Part shown: positions 40,701 through 49,113 of the stretch, in pieces | Layout: each line of letters opens with the position of its first letter | Numbering within the stretch: position 1 is the first letter of the stretch | NCBI GenBank assembly: GCA_021513695.1 | Contig: CP084166.1 | Coordinates: 32,001-96,000, forward strand | Direction: 5' to 3' | Origin: Candidatus Heimdallarchaeum aukensis | GTDB lineage: Archaea > Asgardarchaeota > Heimdallarchaeia > Heimdallarchaeales > Heimdallarchaeaceae | Length of the DNA stretch: 64,000 nucleotides | Notes under the pieces: model-generated | Seen by the model: only the letters and a program-made list of their open reading frames with translations | Databases searched by the model: none | What the model was told of the DNA's origin: nothing | Translations under genes and position numbers: made by a program

Positions 40701-40913
40701 AGATTTTATGTGACAAAACCTGATGGAAATGTTTCGTTTATAGAACGGACGTTTTATGTCGAAGGAAGTCCAGTTGTCTCTCTACCTTGGGTCTTTGCGG
40801 GAATAGGTGGGGGAGTAGCTATTGGTGTTGCTTCAACTTTGACCGTTTATGCAGGAAGAGCAGGAAAACTGCGATTCTTAAAGAATATCTTTAAAAGAGG
40901 AGGTGCTTCATAA
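34710..40913 (+). CDS. Giant surface protein (about 2,067 aa). Domains in order: signal peptide, orphan N-terminal module of about 1,130 aa (helical then beta-rich), long TSP3 repeat array, beta-sandwich-like domain, C-terminal TM anchor.
   Basis: - The ATG at 34710 gives MKKSKIKVISIIAIFLLILNVSTIYVQG. The track start at 34692 is a TTG.
- More than 25 DxDxDGxxDxxE motifs lie at DNA about 38180-40400.
- C-terminal anchor: VFAGIGGGVAIGVASTLTVYAG.
- The stop overlaps the next start (TAATG). Confidence 0.85.
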   Translation: MKKSKIKVISIIAIFLLILNVSTIYVQGQMVGNETKLMMTGNPTEVYEDQIAILYDPFNDMTRELANSIYETVHMFYSNVKMVKVFNLDSFNRAFYDDDWIKIYVFDSDLKGIKFAGWTMSWRKLTGYYNVFKDTRHIGVYGNSYKMGPYLKTENCYIENTEILDYRIAYIHVLWSLYDIFTEKEDEILQQIGENFKLIAIKYFGDSFEEIMSAEFDPQGLGVVDPKKAEERLQDSMDQYPKRLNKVNPYTGELVDPTAEIEGFNPVMDIKPKAAIDEDDIVLGEFPFLSSIPGAAGDVIKIILEFIGVEIPEGLLTVGKEYGGQIVAIIKEIPKIIGFFKDPSASSAIELFFDVAKEMFPSIEEYKPYFDIVVKALFSIKDIASGDLTPLIDISMELLRFIIPDSVGDFVDDVFDALNISSALSDIISGVTNVGDYLKSFLNRQLITNLMKKFIEQTLDLGGESQKWIDTISEIIMIAYEIASTRDMDHIIADVFPRLGKLVYKNILDMTYDENVENTFKGIAVAIKMGFGAAGIIDVNLKDSFMDLIGFFFPDLVETVNDVKFFVSSIRSQIDSFMDLVKDVSEGKNLDVNNVHDQIISLITELSSLSGHSLDANKINVLSQAVLMALALINGDFEALSDTSCLTSLVDGFLEHFIGLEEGPREIVQKAIEAGAAILPFITGKKSLKKYIMGRLEDFADKFKNPGEIIEKVLYYFLSKYNASTQLYQLIGKIVGIVIDIFSGGFDFSVQNVIQTIISMAVVVLNMLDVNIPLEAMYKSFQLLWEEGPEFSNVVKVVQDIMGLLGGSIDPTIKTTVETVLTFLGGAKNIFKDGIKWIMNQLVGWAAGQIANLLNMLTDKLNELFQSLGDLVSYDSEFPIGFGSFTAFQMRVFFSLSPGFEINPEPIQELIMSMIFDGSKVFDLDNIGELFKLILKSISIIPIFKAGLEIKAGTSGKNDLMKMLLDSLGLELSFSGSAGLTLQLMKISNGKISTSDFFKVIEFFFKFQISIAKTFPLAEFLGPGGAVLAKVAEFLGLGGIYLKIEFFIAIEIVKRCETPTQKAADILTIVIGIGVSVIIDIDLVIVGIKITIGFVVTLTFIQDFLADAPLQVILEIEFTVAVKLTFLFVDWTGTASWGPDPIYLAGGPDDESTKDEMSGLDADGDGLPDSYELGVPGMKVDSDDSDGDGLSDQFEVKTSKTDPITADSDDDGLDDYMEYEVLKTNPLQVDSDYDGLTDYEEVVIYGTDPNAQDTDGDQLDDYYEVNTAWNITGITPSVRFVTIGGVEYKDHTDPLNPDTDGDGLLDGQEGEFGAYYGPELYNTSDPSWDPYPIFYNQGYTHPLDNDTDDDSYKQLANGTIAPDRQFLIYMSDKVEIDGQWVIFIEDDELMGRVVRTNPINPDTDGDSAVMDKSWRGDGAPLDFFLKSDGYELWLDPPTDPNDADMDDDGLIDGLEGWGNKISNHTDPRNPDTDGDGLGDLQDILLGSDPLNPDSDMDGILDGEEFFKYGTNPAYEDTDHDGLLDGEEVYLFHTNPLAVDSDGDGIDDGMEVLVYGSDPMDEDMDNDGLTDWEEIFYYFTNPRDYDSDDDGLSDAMEVLDEYAIYTDPLNWDSDNDSITYPNENGNYTFPLSDGDEVLIYGTDPLTSDTDGDGLHDSFELYLGSGLIYNFTPVPLDPLSNDTDGDGIYDANEYHIANVSNIIYPYVSFIITQPYNTSPVDPDSDDDGIIDGDEVYVYGTMPDMKDTDGDGLDDWSELNIMYTNPLSSDTDNDYLTDWEEWYAGFEHPGYLLDPNDPDYDNDMLPDGPELLLYGSNPNNAYEIDPSSGKVDGLLMDWDHDGLEDGLEFFVYNTSYVAGGGVTQPDSDRDGLMDGAEVYVHGTVPTNWDTDNDTYSDGLEVMLGLDPLTYTTEEEFIAALSANQDMLEAGVLVISPIEGGIYSPSNYTFILYNVTELLGVQYQMKKNKQDFGDNMSMYYDDVSRTWITQGDYIGPGDYIVRFYVTKPDGNVSFIERTFYVEGSPVVSLPWVFAGIGGGVAIGVASTLTVYAGRAGKLRFLKNIFKRGGAS
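38180..40400 (+). repeat. In-frame TSP3-type Ca-binding repeat array within the giant CDS 34710..40913.
   Basis: More than 25 DxDxDGxxDxxE units, interrupted by short non-repeat inserts. Confidence 0.8.
40897..40905 (+). promoter_or_regulatory. Shine-Dalgarno sequence for the second giant gene. It lies inside the 3' end of the first gene, and the stop and start overlap (TAATG).
   Basis: GAGGAGGTG lies 7 nt upstream of the ATG at 40913. The TAA at 40911-40913 shares its last A with the ATG. Confidence 0.7.
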
Positions 40914-43900
40914 TGCACGTAAAAAATAATTTAATTTGGAAGAAAGTATTAATCCTTTCTTTATTAGCTATAATGATTAGTTCACTAGTAGTAGGAATGC
41001 CCAATGCTCCGTTTGTTAATGCAGAAACTAATTCTGCACAATCTTTGCCTGATACAATAAGTTTAGAGGAAGCTAAACAACTAATGCAACAAATAAATGA
41101 AGGCAATGGTGGGGGCAACTTTGCTTCTGTTGAGCAACAAATCATTGATCCTGATTTAGATTTAAGTAGGTTATTAGCTGATAATCCTAATGAATATCAA
41201 CAAACATATCAACCTTGGAAATCTCAAGCTGCTGTTAGAAGTATAACCATCTCTGATGATTATGAATTTATGGCAGTAGGGGGAGGATATCTCTTTGACA
41301 ACGAAGTACAAGTATATCGATGGAACCCTGATATTAATCAATATGCTAAAGTTTGGGTGAGTGGAGATTCAGTTATTAAAGGCGATGTAATAGATGTCGA
41401 TTTTGGAGATACTGATAATAATGATTTCTTAGAAATTATTGCCACATCTTCTGACGGGTATTTCTACGTCTTTGAACAAGAACATATTTTTGACCCTGTA
41501 ACAAATACAGAAAATAGATTTGATCTTGTTTACACTAGTCCTTATTTAGGTCAAGTGTGGGGTGTAGAAGTTAATGATACAGATTTAGATCATCTAGACG
41601 ATATAATTGTCGTAAGTTGGGATCACAAAGTACATGTTTATGAATATTGGTTACACTCTGGTTATCCATTCAATTCAGAACATTGGATTACATATAGAGA
41701 AAAATGGCAAAGTCATGATACAGGTTATCATTTGTCTTCTTTAGTTGTTGGAGATACAAACTATAATGGTCTTCCAGACTTTGTTGTGGGAACGAGAGAA
41801 GGAGCTATTCTAGTTTTCGAAAATAATGGAACTATTTTAGATATCCAAGGACAACCTTATCCTCTTGCCCAAGATAATAGTTACAAATTAATTTATGCTG
41901 ATAATGAGTCAATTTGGAGACCAATTTACTCTATGGATATAGGTAATCTAGATAACTCTCCAGGAGATGAAGTAGTAATAGCTTCCTTTGCTTTTAATGG
42001 ATACATTCTAAGGTATGATGATTATAAAGGATATTACTTACAGAAGCTGATAAAAGACTTTGAATCTTGGACTTTGAAAGACTTTTATCCTGCAGATCAT
42101 TATGTAGATAATGGAACAGCAGGACAAAATGTATATTTCCAAGATCCAAATTATACAGGAACAACAGTTGAAGAGCCTATTTTGCAAAGTAATCCTGCAT
42201 TTATAAAAGGAAACTATCCCTATAATACTGGAGCTGCGCAAAATAATGATACATGTTATACTCATTTCGAATCTAATAGTACTCATGCTGCATGGGAAGT
42301 ATATGATTTTGGAGCAGATGAAGAGGGAACAGGAAATGGGAATGATGCTGCAGACATATTATTAAAATTCAAAACTTTACTATTTGATTACATATATAGA
42401 GATGATTTTATTATTTCTATCTCTCCAGACTATGAACATTGGGTAACTGTTGATCCTTCTCTTATTAATACATTTAATGTTGCCGCATCAACAAAATATC
42501 TCAGAATTAATGTAGATCCAATTTTAATTGAAAATAAATGGAATTACTTCAGATACATCAATGTAACAGTAATTTCTAATTCTACCAAAGATTATAACTT
42601 GTTATCTATAGAATTGCCTTATGTTTACCAAACTGTTTCAACAGCTTTAAGTGCTGAAGTGGGAACTTTAATGACCAGTACAGATACTAATGAAGAAGTT
42701 ATCCATGCAATTTTAGGAACAGTTGATGGCCGTCTTGTAGCTTTTAAATATGATGCCACTTCAGACTCGTTTGTTTTATCTTGGGATAGCTGGGTAGATG
42801 ATAGATTTACTGTTGGAATAAACATATGGGATATAGAACAAGTTAAGAATCTAGGCTCTATGCCTATGATATACGGAGTTACTGATTTGGAAACAGGTTA
42901 TCAACTTAGGATAAGTCCCTCTCCAGGAAGCCAAATTTCACAAGTGATTTTTGATTATACATTGTTCAATATTGATGGAGATTCTCCAGTTACAGGCGAA
43001 TTTGCAATTGTGGGTGGTAATGGAGATGTGTATTACTTTGATAATGGATTTGATTATGATGCTGCACAAACAACCCAATACTTCTCTTCGATCAACGATT
43101 ATGCAACTTATACAGGAAATATATCAATAGGTGCAGTAGAAATTGATACAGACTATTCCCAAGAAGAATTACTTATCGGTCATTACGATCCAAGTCTTTC
43201 TAATCAATACGATGACTTTGAAGATGATTCTTCAGATGTACTTCCAGCAGATATAAAAATATGGACACAAGTATCTTCAAAATATGAGTTAAATATATCA
43301 CTTTATAGTTTGGAAACAACTGGTCAACTTCGTGAAATATTAAAAAGTGCTCAATCAATTCCTTCAGCAGAAGGAGAGGATATTGATGGGGACGGAGATG
43401 TTGATATTGTTGTTTGTATTGAGAATCTATATCTACTTTGGAACATAGGAACACCAAGTAATCCAGAATTTATTTTGGATTCTGATTACTTTAAAGATAT
43501 AAATGAAGTAAAAGGAAGAAGACAATTCCTACATCCTCAATTTGTGGAATTTGAAATGGATGGAATTTATGATCTATCGATTGGCTACTCAAATAGAGTG
43601 GGAGCAACATATTTTGATAATTATGGAACTGCTCTTGCTCCTAAATGGGAAGAAAGAAAAGAGTTAGTTAACAACTTTGATGAAGAAGCTACAATAAATG
43701 TCTATAACTTTACTAGACCTCTCTGGATAAAATATTCAGAATTTGATGAATATTCTACTTTGTTATTAGAACATAATACAGGAAAGAGCTACTATGACAA
43801 GTACTACATATATACAATGCTAGATGATAGAAATGGTGACATGGTTTACTTCATGATTTCAAATAAAATACAAACTAGCTTCATGGTAGCATCTAATCCT

Positions 43901-46900
43901 ACTGTATCTAGAATCGAAGTTAACACCTTCAAATCTGAAGAATATGGAGGGATCTATAAGTGGAGGAATTTTGGATTTAGGGCAATTATAAGCTGGACGA
44001 CAGCAATAGATCTCTATAATTGGACTTTGACTGTAGATTCTGGAGATTTAGACCAAGATGGGAAAGGAGAAATTATAGTAGGAGACTATGATAGTAATGT
44101 ATACATCTTTGAGCATATGACTAATAATACTTACAAACGTGCATTCAGGTCTCCTGATATGCTCCAGTATGTTCCAACTGATGAAACACCTTATAGTTGG
44201 GACAAATTTGGAGGATATGAAGGAGAGTTTAATCAGACAATTTGGAACCATGTGAGCTATTTGCTTGTGAATGCTGATAGTGATGGAGACGGTTATCTTG
44301 AGTTAGCTGCTCTTGCAGGAACAGTTCTGTATGTATTTGAAGACACGGGAATAGATGATACATACTCATACATGTATAGACTAGATGTTTTAAGGAGTTC
44401 AGCAGGAGAATACTTGAAAGAAAATGGTTTTCTTACACCTTCTGGTTTAACATGGGCTCAAGATTTAGATTTAGATGGTTATGGAGAGTTCATAATAGCC
44501 TTTGAAAAACAAGTATTTGTTTATGAACCTTATTCTGGAACACTCTATGAACTGTTTGGTAATGTTGCATCTGATGACCCTGAAACAGGACACTATAATA
44601 TTTTAGGAAATGCTAGGGTATTTGATAATATTACAATAAATGGAATGTTATGTTCTGACATTAATGAAAATGGAAGAGAAGAACTTTTCATTTATGGTTC
44701 TGTAGATGTTGATCTTCTTGATTATGAAGAAGGATTTATTGTAATGATTGAAAGCATCGATCTAGGCTATAAGATAATCTGGCAAGGACCAACAGAGTTA
44801 GTTAGTAGAAATATTATTACAGACCTTGAAATTGCTGACCAGGACTATGATGGTTTCAAAGAATTGATCATTGGTGGAAGTAAAGGTGTAAGTATTTACG
44901 AATTTGTTGGAGGAACAACTGCTAGCTTTACTCAAGAGGGACTAATTACAGGACACATGAATTATCCCCAAATGGCAGCTCATTCACTATTTGGAAAATA
45001 TAGTTACAATGATGATTATGACTATAGAAAACAGAGGTCTCATGATATAAGACAGATAGTTTACAGTGGAGGTTCAAATAATCATTCATATATTTCTGCT
45101 TTTAGTGAGTATAACGATACAATGGGTGCATATGCTATATATCAAAAAGTAAGTCATGACGGAGTAAATTGGTTATCGAGCAAACTTATAGCTTATTGGT
45201 ATTCTGGTGGTTACATAAGTTTATACTTCCCCTCACTTACACAGACAAGTAATTACTCTCTCTGGTTAGCAGTTACTTGTAAATTTTATAGCGTAGGTTT
45301 AGGTTCCGTATATGGCGTTCTTCTATATCGTTCAGATGATTATGGGGCAAATTGGGTATTCGTAGATGGATTGGCTTCAGAATATATAGAAGAAGGTTCA
45401 ACAAATCCGATATATTCACCCACAATATTCCCAACAGGACCTAATTCAATAGGTTTAGTGTATATTTTCAGACCAAATAACACTTATTCAGAATTATACT
45501 ATGGAGGGTTATTTGATAATGGAACAGTAATACCTCAAACAAAAATCGAGGGTTTTGATGATTTCATGTTCAACGGTGTTGATGTTGATTCAAAACCTGA
45601 TAATAGTGGAGTATATGCTGCTGCTTTTAGTGCTAAAAAGTATATTGAAGAAAAAGATGATTACGATATCTGGTACTGTGAATTTAATTCAACCTATGGA
45701 TTAATACTTGAACCAAGAAGACTATTTACTTCATTCTCTGTTGAGCATACTCCTAGTATTACTTATGTCCACAATGATGCCTATTCTAGACTTCTAACAT
45801 TTGATTCTTCTGGATTACAAAAGGCGATGACTTTATCATATGGAATGGTTTCTGATGATGGAATACATTGGTCTGACCCAGATATACTTGCTGAATATCC
45901 AGAGTATATTATTCCTCCAACTAAGTCAAACCCCTATCCAAAGATATCTGGTTTCTCTAACAGTTGGAGTATATATGATCTAGGTTTCAGAGCTCCAAAA
46001 GTTGCTCCAACCTACGATGGTAAATTCATATTACTTACAAAATTTGATGCAACTATTGTCTACTTCTCATTCCCAATCTTCTATATATATTATTATAATG
46101 ACTACGTAAGCCAAATTTATCCATTGAACTTTACAAGTTTTGTAGGGTTAAACACTGTAACAGATCTTGCTGTTGGAGACTCGGATAGAGATGGTAGAAA
46201 AGAGATAATGATAGCTGATGGATATCGAGCAGAAATGTTTGAGTTACTTAACACAAAAAATAGGAAGCAACTTTATACAAGCAAATGGTATAGTCCTGAG
46301 CATGATAATCCTGTTTCCGATGTAACTATGTTTGACACAAATGGTAACGGTTTTCCTGAACTAATTTACAGCGTTCAAGGCGAAGACATTTATGTATATG
46401 ATGTTGTAAATATTCATTTACCAAAGGCAGATTTACATAAATTACAATCAACTACTTTAGACTTATCTGGTGCTGGAAAGGTTATAACTAGAATTAAATC
46501 AGATCTAAATGATGACGGAATAAATGACATGGTGGTTTATTGCGAAGGAGGAAAAATGTATGGAATCTTAGGTAATAACCTGTCAATTTTATGGACTTTG
46601 GAAGATTCATTAGTTTCTCCAAATTGGTTCCTCGAAGAATCAATTTATCATGGTAATAGTGCTCTAATTTTTGTAAATAGTAATGGAACAACTTTGTGGA
46701 TAGACAAGAAAACAGGACAAGTTATAACCTCTCTTGATTTAGGTGAAGGAAGTTATACCTTAAATCCAATAGCAACAATGCTTAACTATACAAAGGATAA
46801 CACCATGGACATTGCCATTAAAGGTGATGCTCCTGGACATATTTATCTCTTTGACGGGAATAATGGTTCGCTTCTAAAGGATCTCACTTTCGACACTGAA

Positions 46901-48922
46901 AGATATGTGCAAGAAATTGAAGTAGCACATGAGCAAGGAGAGGATTATCTCATAGTTTCTTATTATTGGATAGAATATAAAGACCTAGGTGGCGGTATTA
47001 TTGTATGGATATTCCATGGAAAGATTACTGCTTACAACTTATCTTCGTCCTCACTAGATCAAATATGGGAAGTTAACTCTTACTATGCTGGAGGATTTAG
47101 AGGGGCAAATTTAATAGTAGATGATATTAATGGAGATGGAGATTCAGAAATATATGCATTTGGTGGTGGAATAAAATTACTTGATGCTAATGGTACTGAA
47201 TATTGGCGGGCTTACAACTATTTCTACTCTTATGATGCTGTTATATTTGATATAAATGATGATGGAATTAAAGATATAATTACTTCTTCAGGACAGAATA
47301 GTAAAGTTACAGCTCTTGATGGAAAAGATGGAAATGTTACTTGGAGTAATATACCCACCCAGAATATCTATGACTTAGAGATTAGTGACCCAGAAGGAGA
47401 AGATCCAATCCTTTATCTAGCTAACTCTAGAACAGATTATCAAGGAATAATTTTCTTAAACATTAGGAATGGTGGGTTCTTAGGTTACTATTACGACACA
47501 AGTAGTGATTTTCTAAATGATAACGCATTGGTACCAACCACTGTGGATTCAAAACCTGCAGTCTTAGCAGTTGATTATGACGCAGAGAAAATTTATCAAG
47601 TTCAAATAAATGAAACAGAACAAGTTTATGAGCATGATATTATACCTAAACTCTCCTTTGATCAAATACTTAAAACTGGAAAGAATGTTAACCCCGATAC
47701 TGTTATTTATGACAATCTAAACGACGATGAGTATGTAGAAATTTTCTATATACAAAATGGAAATGAGTCATTCATCTATAATCCAATCAAAGGTGAGTAT
47801 ATTGAAGAATATACTATCCCTACAAATGGGAGTGTTCTTTATGCTTTCAAAGCTAATTTATCTGACACTTCATTCTATGATTCTATTTTTATAATTACCT
47901 CTGAATACAAGGTAGGTGTTTTAGATCTCACTTCAATGAGTTATAAAAAGATATTGGACTTATCAGGTTATGTAGATGAAATTGCTTCATATGCTTACTT
48001 GGATATTACTGAAGATGTATTTATTTTAGGTTTCTTTGACTATACAAAGAAAGCATGGTACGTAGGCGCATGGAATATTAAAGGAGAAGAGGTATTCTCA
48101 CCTATTTACCAAGGTTCTCATAAACCAGATCAAATAAATGCAGGTAAATTACTTGATAAAGCCACGTATGAAGAAGGAGCAGCTTTTGTAATAACAAGCT
48201 TTGGTGCATACATATATGCTTATGATCTTAAGGGAACACAACTAGCTATGATTAAACAAGATGGACCTGCAGGTTTCACAGCTTTAGGAGAACTGAAAAA
48301 AGGATTAGGTTTTGAGTTTGTTTACTATAGGTTTGGAGATAAATTCTACTGTTATAACCTTAATACCATGACTGATGAATGGTCATCTACTTTAAGAAAT
48401 GACAATGAACTATTATCTATTGCTGTAGGATATATTGATAGCTCTACTAATCCTGATTATGCTAAAGTATTTGTTTCGCAGAGCGGTACAGGAATTTATG
48501 CATTTGATGATGTAGATAAAGAGTTATGGTATCACAGACATAATTCTTTTGTTGCTAAATTCCTTCATGTGATCAATGATGAAGCTTTAGGCAAGGTTCT
48601 TCAAGTTACAGATTATCATAGAACATTCTACATCAATGGAACAACTGCTGAAGTTTTATATGCTACAAGTACCTTGATGAAACAAGTTCTTTGGGTAGGA
48701 ACATGGTCTTCTCCAGACTCTGCATATGACTCAATAGCATTCTTTGATGGAAACTCATTCTATAGTCGAGGAATAGATGTTTCTTCTTCAGGAGCTTCAA
48801 CAGTGCAAGATCATATGGAAATCTCTGCAGAAAGGTTAACAAGACTTAGTACTCCAATAATTATAATGATGAGTGTAATGGTAACCATAATCACTCTTGT
48901 CTTCAGAAAAAATAAAAGTTAA
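40913..48922 (+). CDS. Giant surface protein (2,669 aa). Domains: signal peptide, multiple FG-GAP/VCBS-type propeller repeats, an Asp-box (BNR) region, PQQ/BamB-like repeats, C-terminal TM anchor.
   Basis: - Strong SD GAGGAGGTG at 40897-40905.
- FG-GAP-like units: LVVGDTNYNGLPDFVVGTREGAILVFEN, DSGDLDQDGKGEIIVGDYDSNVYIFE, LAVGDSDRDGRKEIMIADGY, VDDINGDGDSEIYAFGGG.
- Asp-box-like motifs: SHDGVNW, SDDYGANW, SDDGIHW (DNA about 45150-45875).
- PQQ-like unit: ALDGKDGNVTWS.
- C-terminal anchor: IIIMMSVMVTIITLVF. Confidence 0.85.
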   Translation: MHVKNNLIWKKVLILSLLAIMISSLVVGMPNAPFVNAETNSAQSLPDTISLEEAKQLMQQINEGNGGGNFASVEQQIIDPDLDLSRLLADNPNEYQQTYQPWKSQAAVRSITISDDYEFMAVGGGYLFDNEVQVYRWNPDINQYAKVWVSGDSVIKGDVIDVDFGDTDNNDFLEIIATSSDGYFYVFEQEHIFDPVTNTENRFDLVYTSPYLGQVWGVEVNDTDLDHLDDIIVVSWDHKVHVYEYWLHSGYPFNSEHWITYREKWQSHDTGYHLSSLVVGDTNYNGLPDFVVGTREGAILVFENNGTILDIQGQPYPLAQDNSYKLIYADNESIWRPIYSMDIGNLDNSPGDEVVIASFAFNGYILRYDDYKGYYLQKLIKDFESWTLKDFYPADHYVDNGTAGQNVYFQDPNYTGTTVEEPILQSNPAFIKGNYPYNTGAAQNNDTCYTHFESNSTHAAWEVYDFGADEEGTGNGNDAADILLKFKTLLFDYIYRDDFIISISPDYEHWVTVDPSLINTFNVAASTKYLRINVDPILIENKWNYFRYINVTVISNSTKDYNLLSIELPYVYQTVSTALSAEVGTLMTSTDTNEEVIHAILGTVDGRLVAFKYDATSDSFVLSWDSWVDDRFTVGINIWDIEQVKNLGSMPMIYGVTDLETGYQLRISPSPGSQISQVIFDYTLFNIDGDSPVTGEFAIVGGNGDVYYFDNGFDYDAAQTTQYFSSINDYATYTGNISIGAVEIDTDYSQEELLIGHYDPSLSNQYDDFEDDSSDVLPADIKIWTQVSSKYELNISLYSLETTGQLREILKSAQSIPSAEGEDIDGDGDVDIVVCIENLYLLWNIGTPSNPEFILDSDYFKDINEVKGRRQFLHPQFVEFEMDGIYDLSIGYSNRVGATYFDNYGTALAPKWEERKELVNNFDEEATINVYNFTRPLWIKYSEFDEYSTLLLEHNTGKSYYDKYYIYTMLDDRNGDMVYFMISNKIQTSFMVASNPTVSRIEVNTFKSEEYGGIYKWRNFGFRAIISWTTAIDLYNWTLTVDSGDLDQDGKGEIIVGDYDSNVYIFEHMTNNTYKRAFRSPDMLQYVPTDETPYSWDKFGGYEGEFNQTIWNHVSYLLVNADSDGDGYLELAALAGTVLYVFEDTGIDDTYSYMYRLDVLRSSAGEYLKENGFLTPSGLTWAQDLDLDGYGEFIIAFEKQVFVYEPYSGTLYELFGNVASDDPETGHYNILGNARVFDNITINGMLCSDINENGREELFIYGSVDVDLLDYEEGFIVMIESIDLGYKIIWQGPTELVSRNIITDLEIADQDYDGFKELIIGGSKGVSIYEFVGGTTASFTQEGLITGHMNYPQMAAHSLFGKYSYNDDYDYRKQRSHDIRQIVYSGGSNNHSYISAFSEYNDTMGAYAIYQKVSHDGVNWLSSKLIAYWYSGGYISLYFPSLTQTSNYSLWLAVTCKFYSVGLGSVYGVLLYRSDDYGANWVFVDGLASEYIEEGSTNPIYSPTIFPTGPNSIGLVYIFRPNNTYSELYYGGLFDNGTVIPQTKIEGFDDFMFNGVDVDSKPDNSGVYAAAFSAKKYIEEKDDYDIWYCEFNSTYGLILEPRRLFTSFSVEHTPSITYVHNDAYSRLLTFDSSGLQKAMTLSYGMVSDDGIHWSDPDILAEYPEYIIPPTKSNPYPKISGFSNSWSIYDLGFRAPKVAPTYDGKFILLTKFDATIVYFSFPIFYIYYYNDYVSQIYPLNFTSFVGLNTVTDLAVGDSDRDGRKEIMIADGYRAEMFELLNTKNRKQLYTSKWYSPEHDNPVSDVTMFDTNGNGFPELIYSVQGEDIYVYDVVNIHLPKADLHKLQSTTLDLSGAGKVITRIKSDLNDDGINDMVVYCEGGKMYGILGNNLSILWTLEDSLVSPNWFLEESIYHGNSALIFVNSNGTTLWIDKKTGQVITSLDLGEGSYTLNPIATMLNYTKDNTMDIAIKGDAPGHIYLFDGNNGSLLKDLTFDTERYVQEIEVAHEQGEDYLIVSYYWIEYKDLGGGIIVWIFHGKITAYNLSSSSLDQIWEVNSYYAGGFRGANLIVDDINGDGDSEIYAFGGGIKLLDANGTEYWRAYNYFYSYDAVIFDINDDGIKDIITSSGQNSKVTALDGKDGNVTWSNIPTQNIYDLEISDPEGEDPILYLANSRTDYQGIIFLNIRNGGFLGYYYDTSSDFLNDNALVPTTVDSKPAVLAVDYDAEKIYQVQINETEQVYEHDIIPKLSFDQILKTGKNVNPDTVIYDNLNDDEYVEIFYIQNGNESFIYNPIKGEYIEEYTIPTNGSVLYAFKANLSDTSFYDSIFIITSEYKVGVLDLTSMSYKKILDLSGYVDEIASYAYLDITEDVFILGFFDYTKKAWYVGAWNIKGEEVFSPIYQGSHKPDQINAGKLLDKATYEEGAAFVITSFGAYIYAYDLKGTQLAMIKQDGPAGFTALGELKKGLGFEFVYYRFGDKFYCYNLNTMTDEWSSTLRNDNELLSIAVGYIDSSTNPDYAKVFVSQSGTGIYAFDDVDKELWYHRHNSFVAKFLHVINDEALGKVLQVTDYHRTFYINGTTAEVLYATSTLMKQVLWVGTWSSPDSAYDSIAFFDGNSFYSRGIDVSSSGASTVQDHMEISAERLTRLSTPIIIMMSVMVTIITLVFRKNKS

Positions 48923-48980
48923 ACATTTTTTTCCTTTTTTTATTTTTTAAAATAGTAAATTTAAAATTTTATAAATTCAA

Positions 48981-49025
48981 TTTTCTTCATTTTTGTCGGC
49001 TAATTATTCATTTTCTTCATTTTTG
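48981..49025. repeat. Direct repeat of the 15-mer TTTTCTTCATTTTTG, spaced exactly 30 nt apart, upstream of the Rab-like GTPase gene.
   Basis: Identical 15-mers lie at 48981-48995 and 49011-49025. Their flanks are similar (..TTCA[A] / [T]CGG). Confidence 0.7.
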
Positions 49026-49113
49026 CGGATAGAATTACCAATTATCTTATAAAAAGCCATGCGACAGTTAGAATGATAGACCACTAAAAGGTCATAAACT
49101 TGGGGGTTTAAGA

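Noticed and set aside
35276-46691. Numerous 60-110-aa antisense or off-frame ORFs within the two giant genes, for example 35276..35551, 37430..37705, 42038..42286, 43200..43457 and 46494..46691.
   Set aside because: All are nested in the long ORFs. There is no independent support for any of them.
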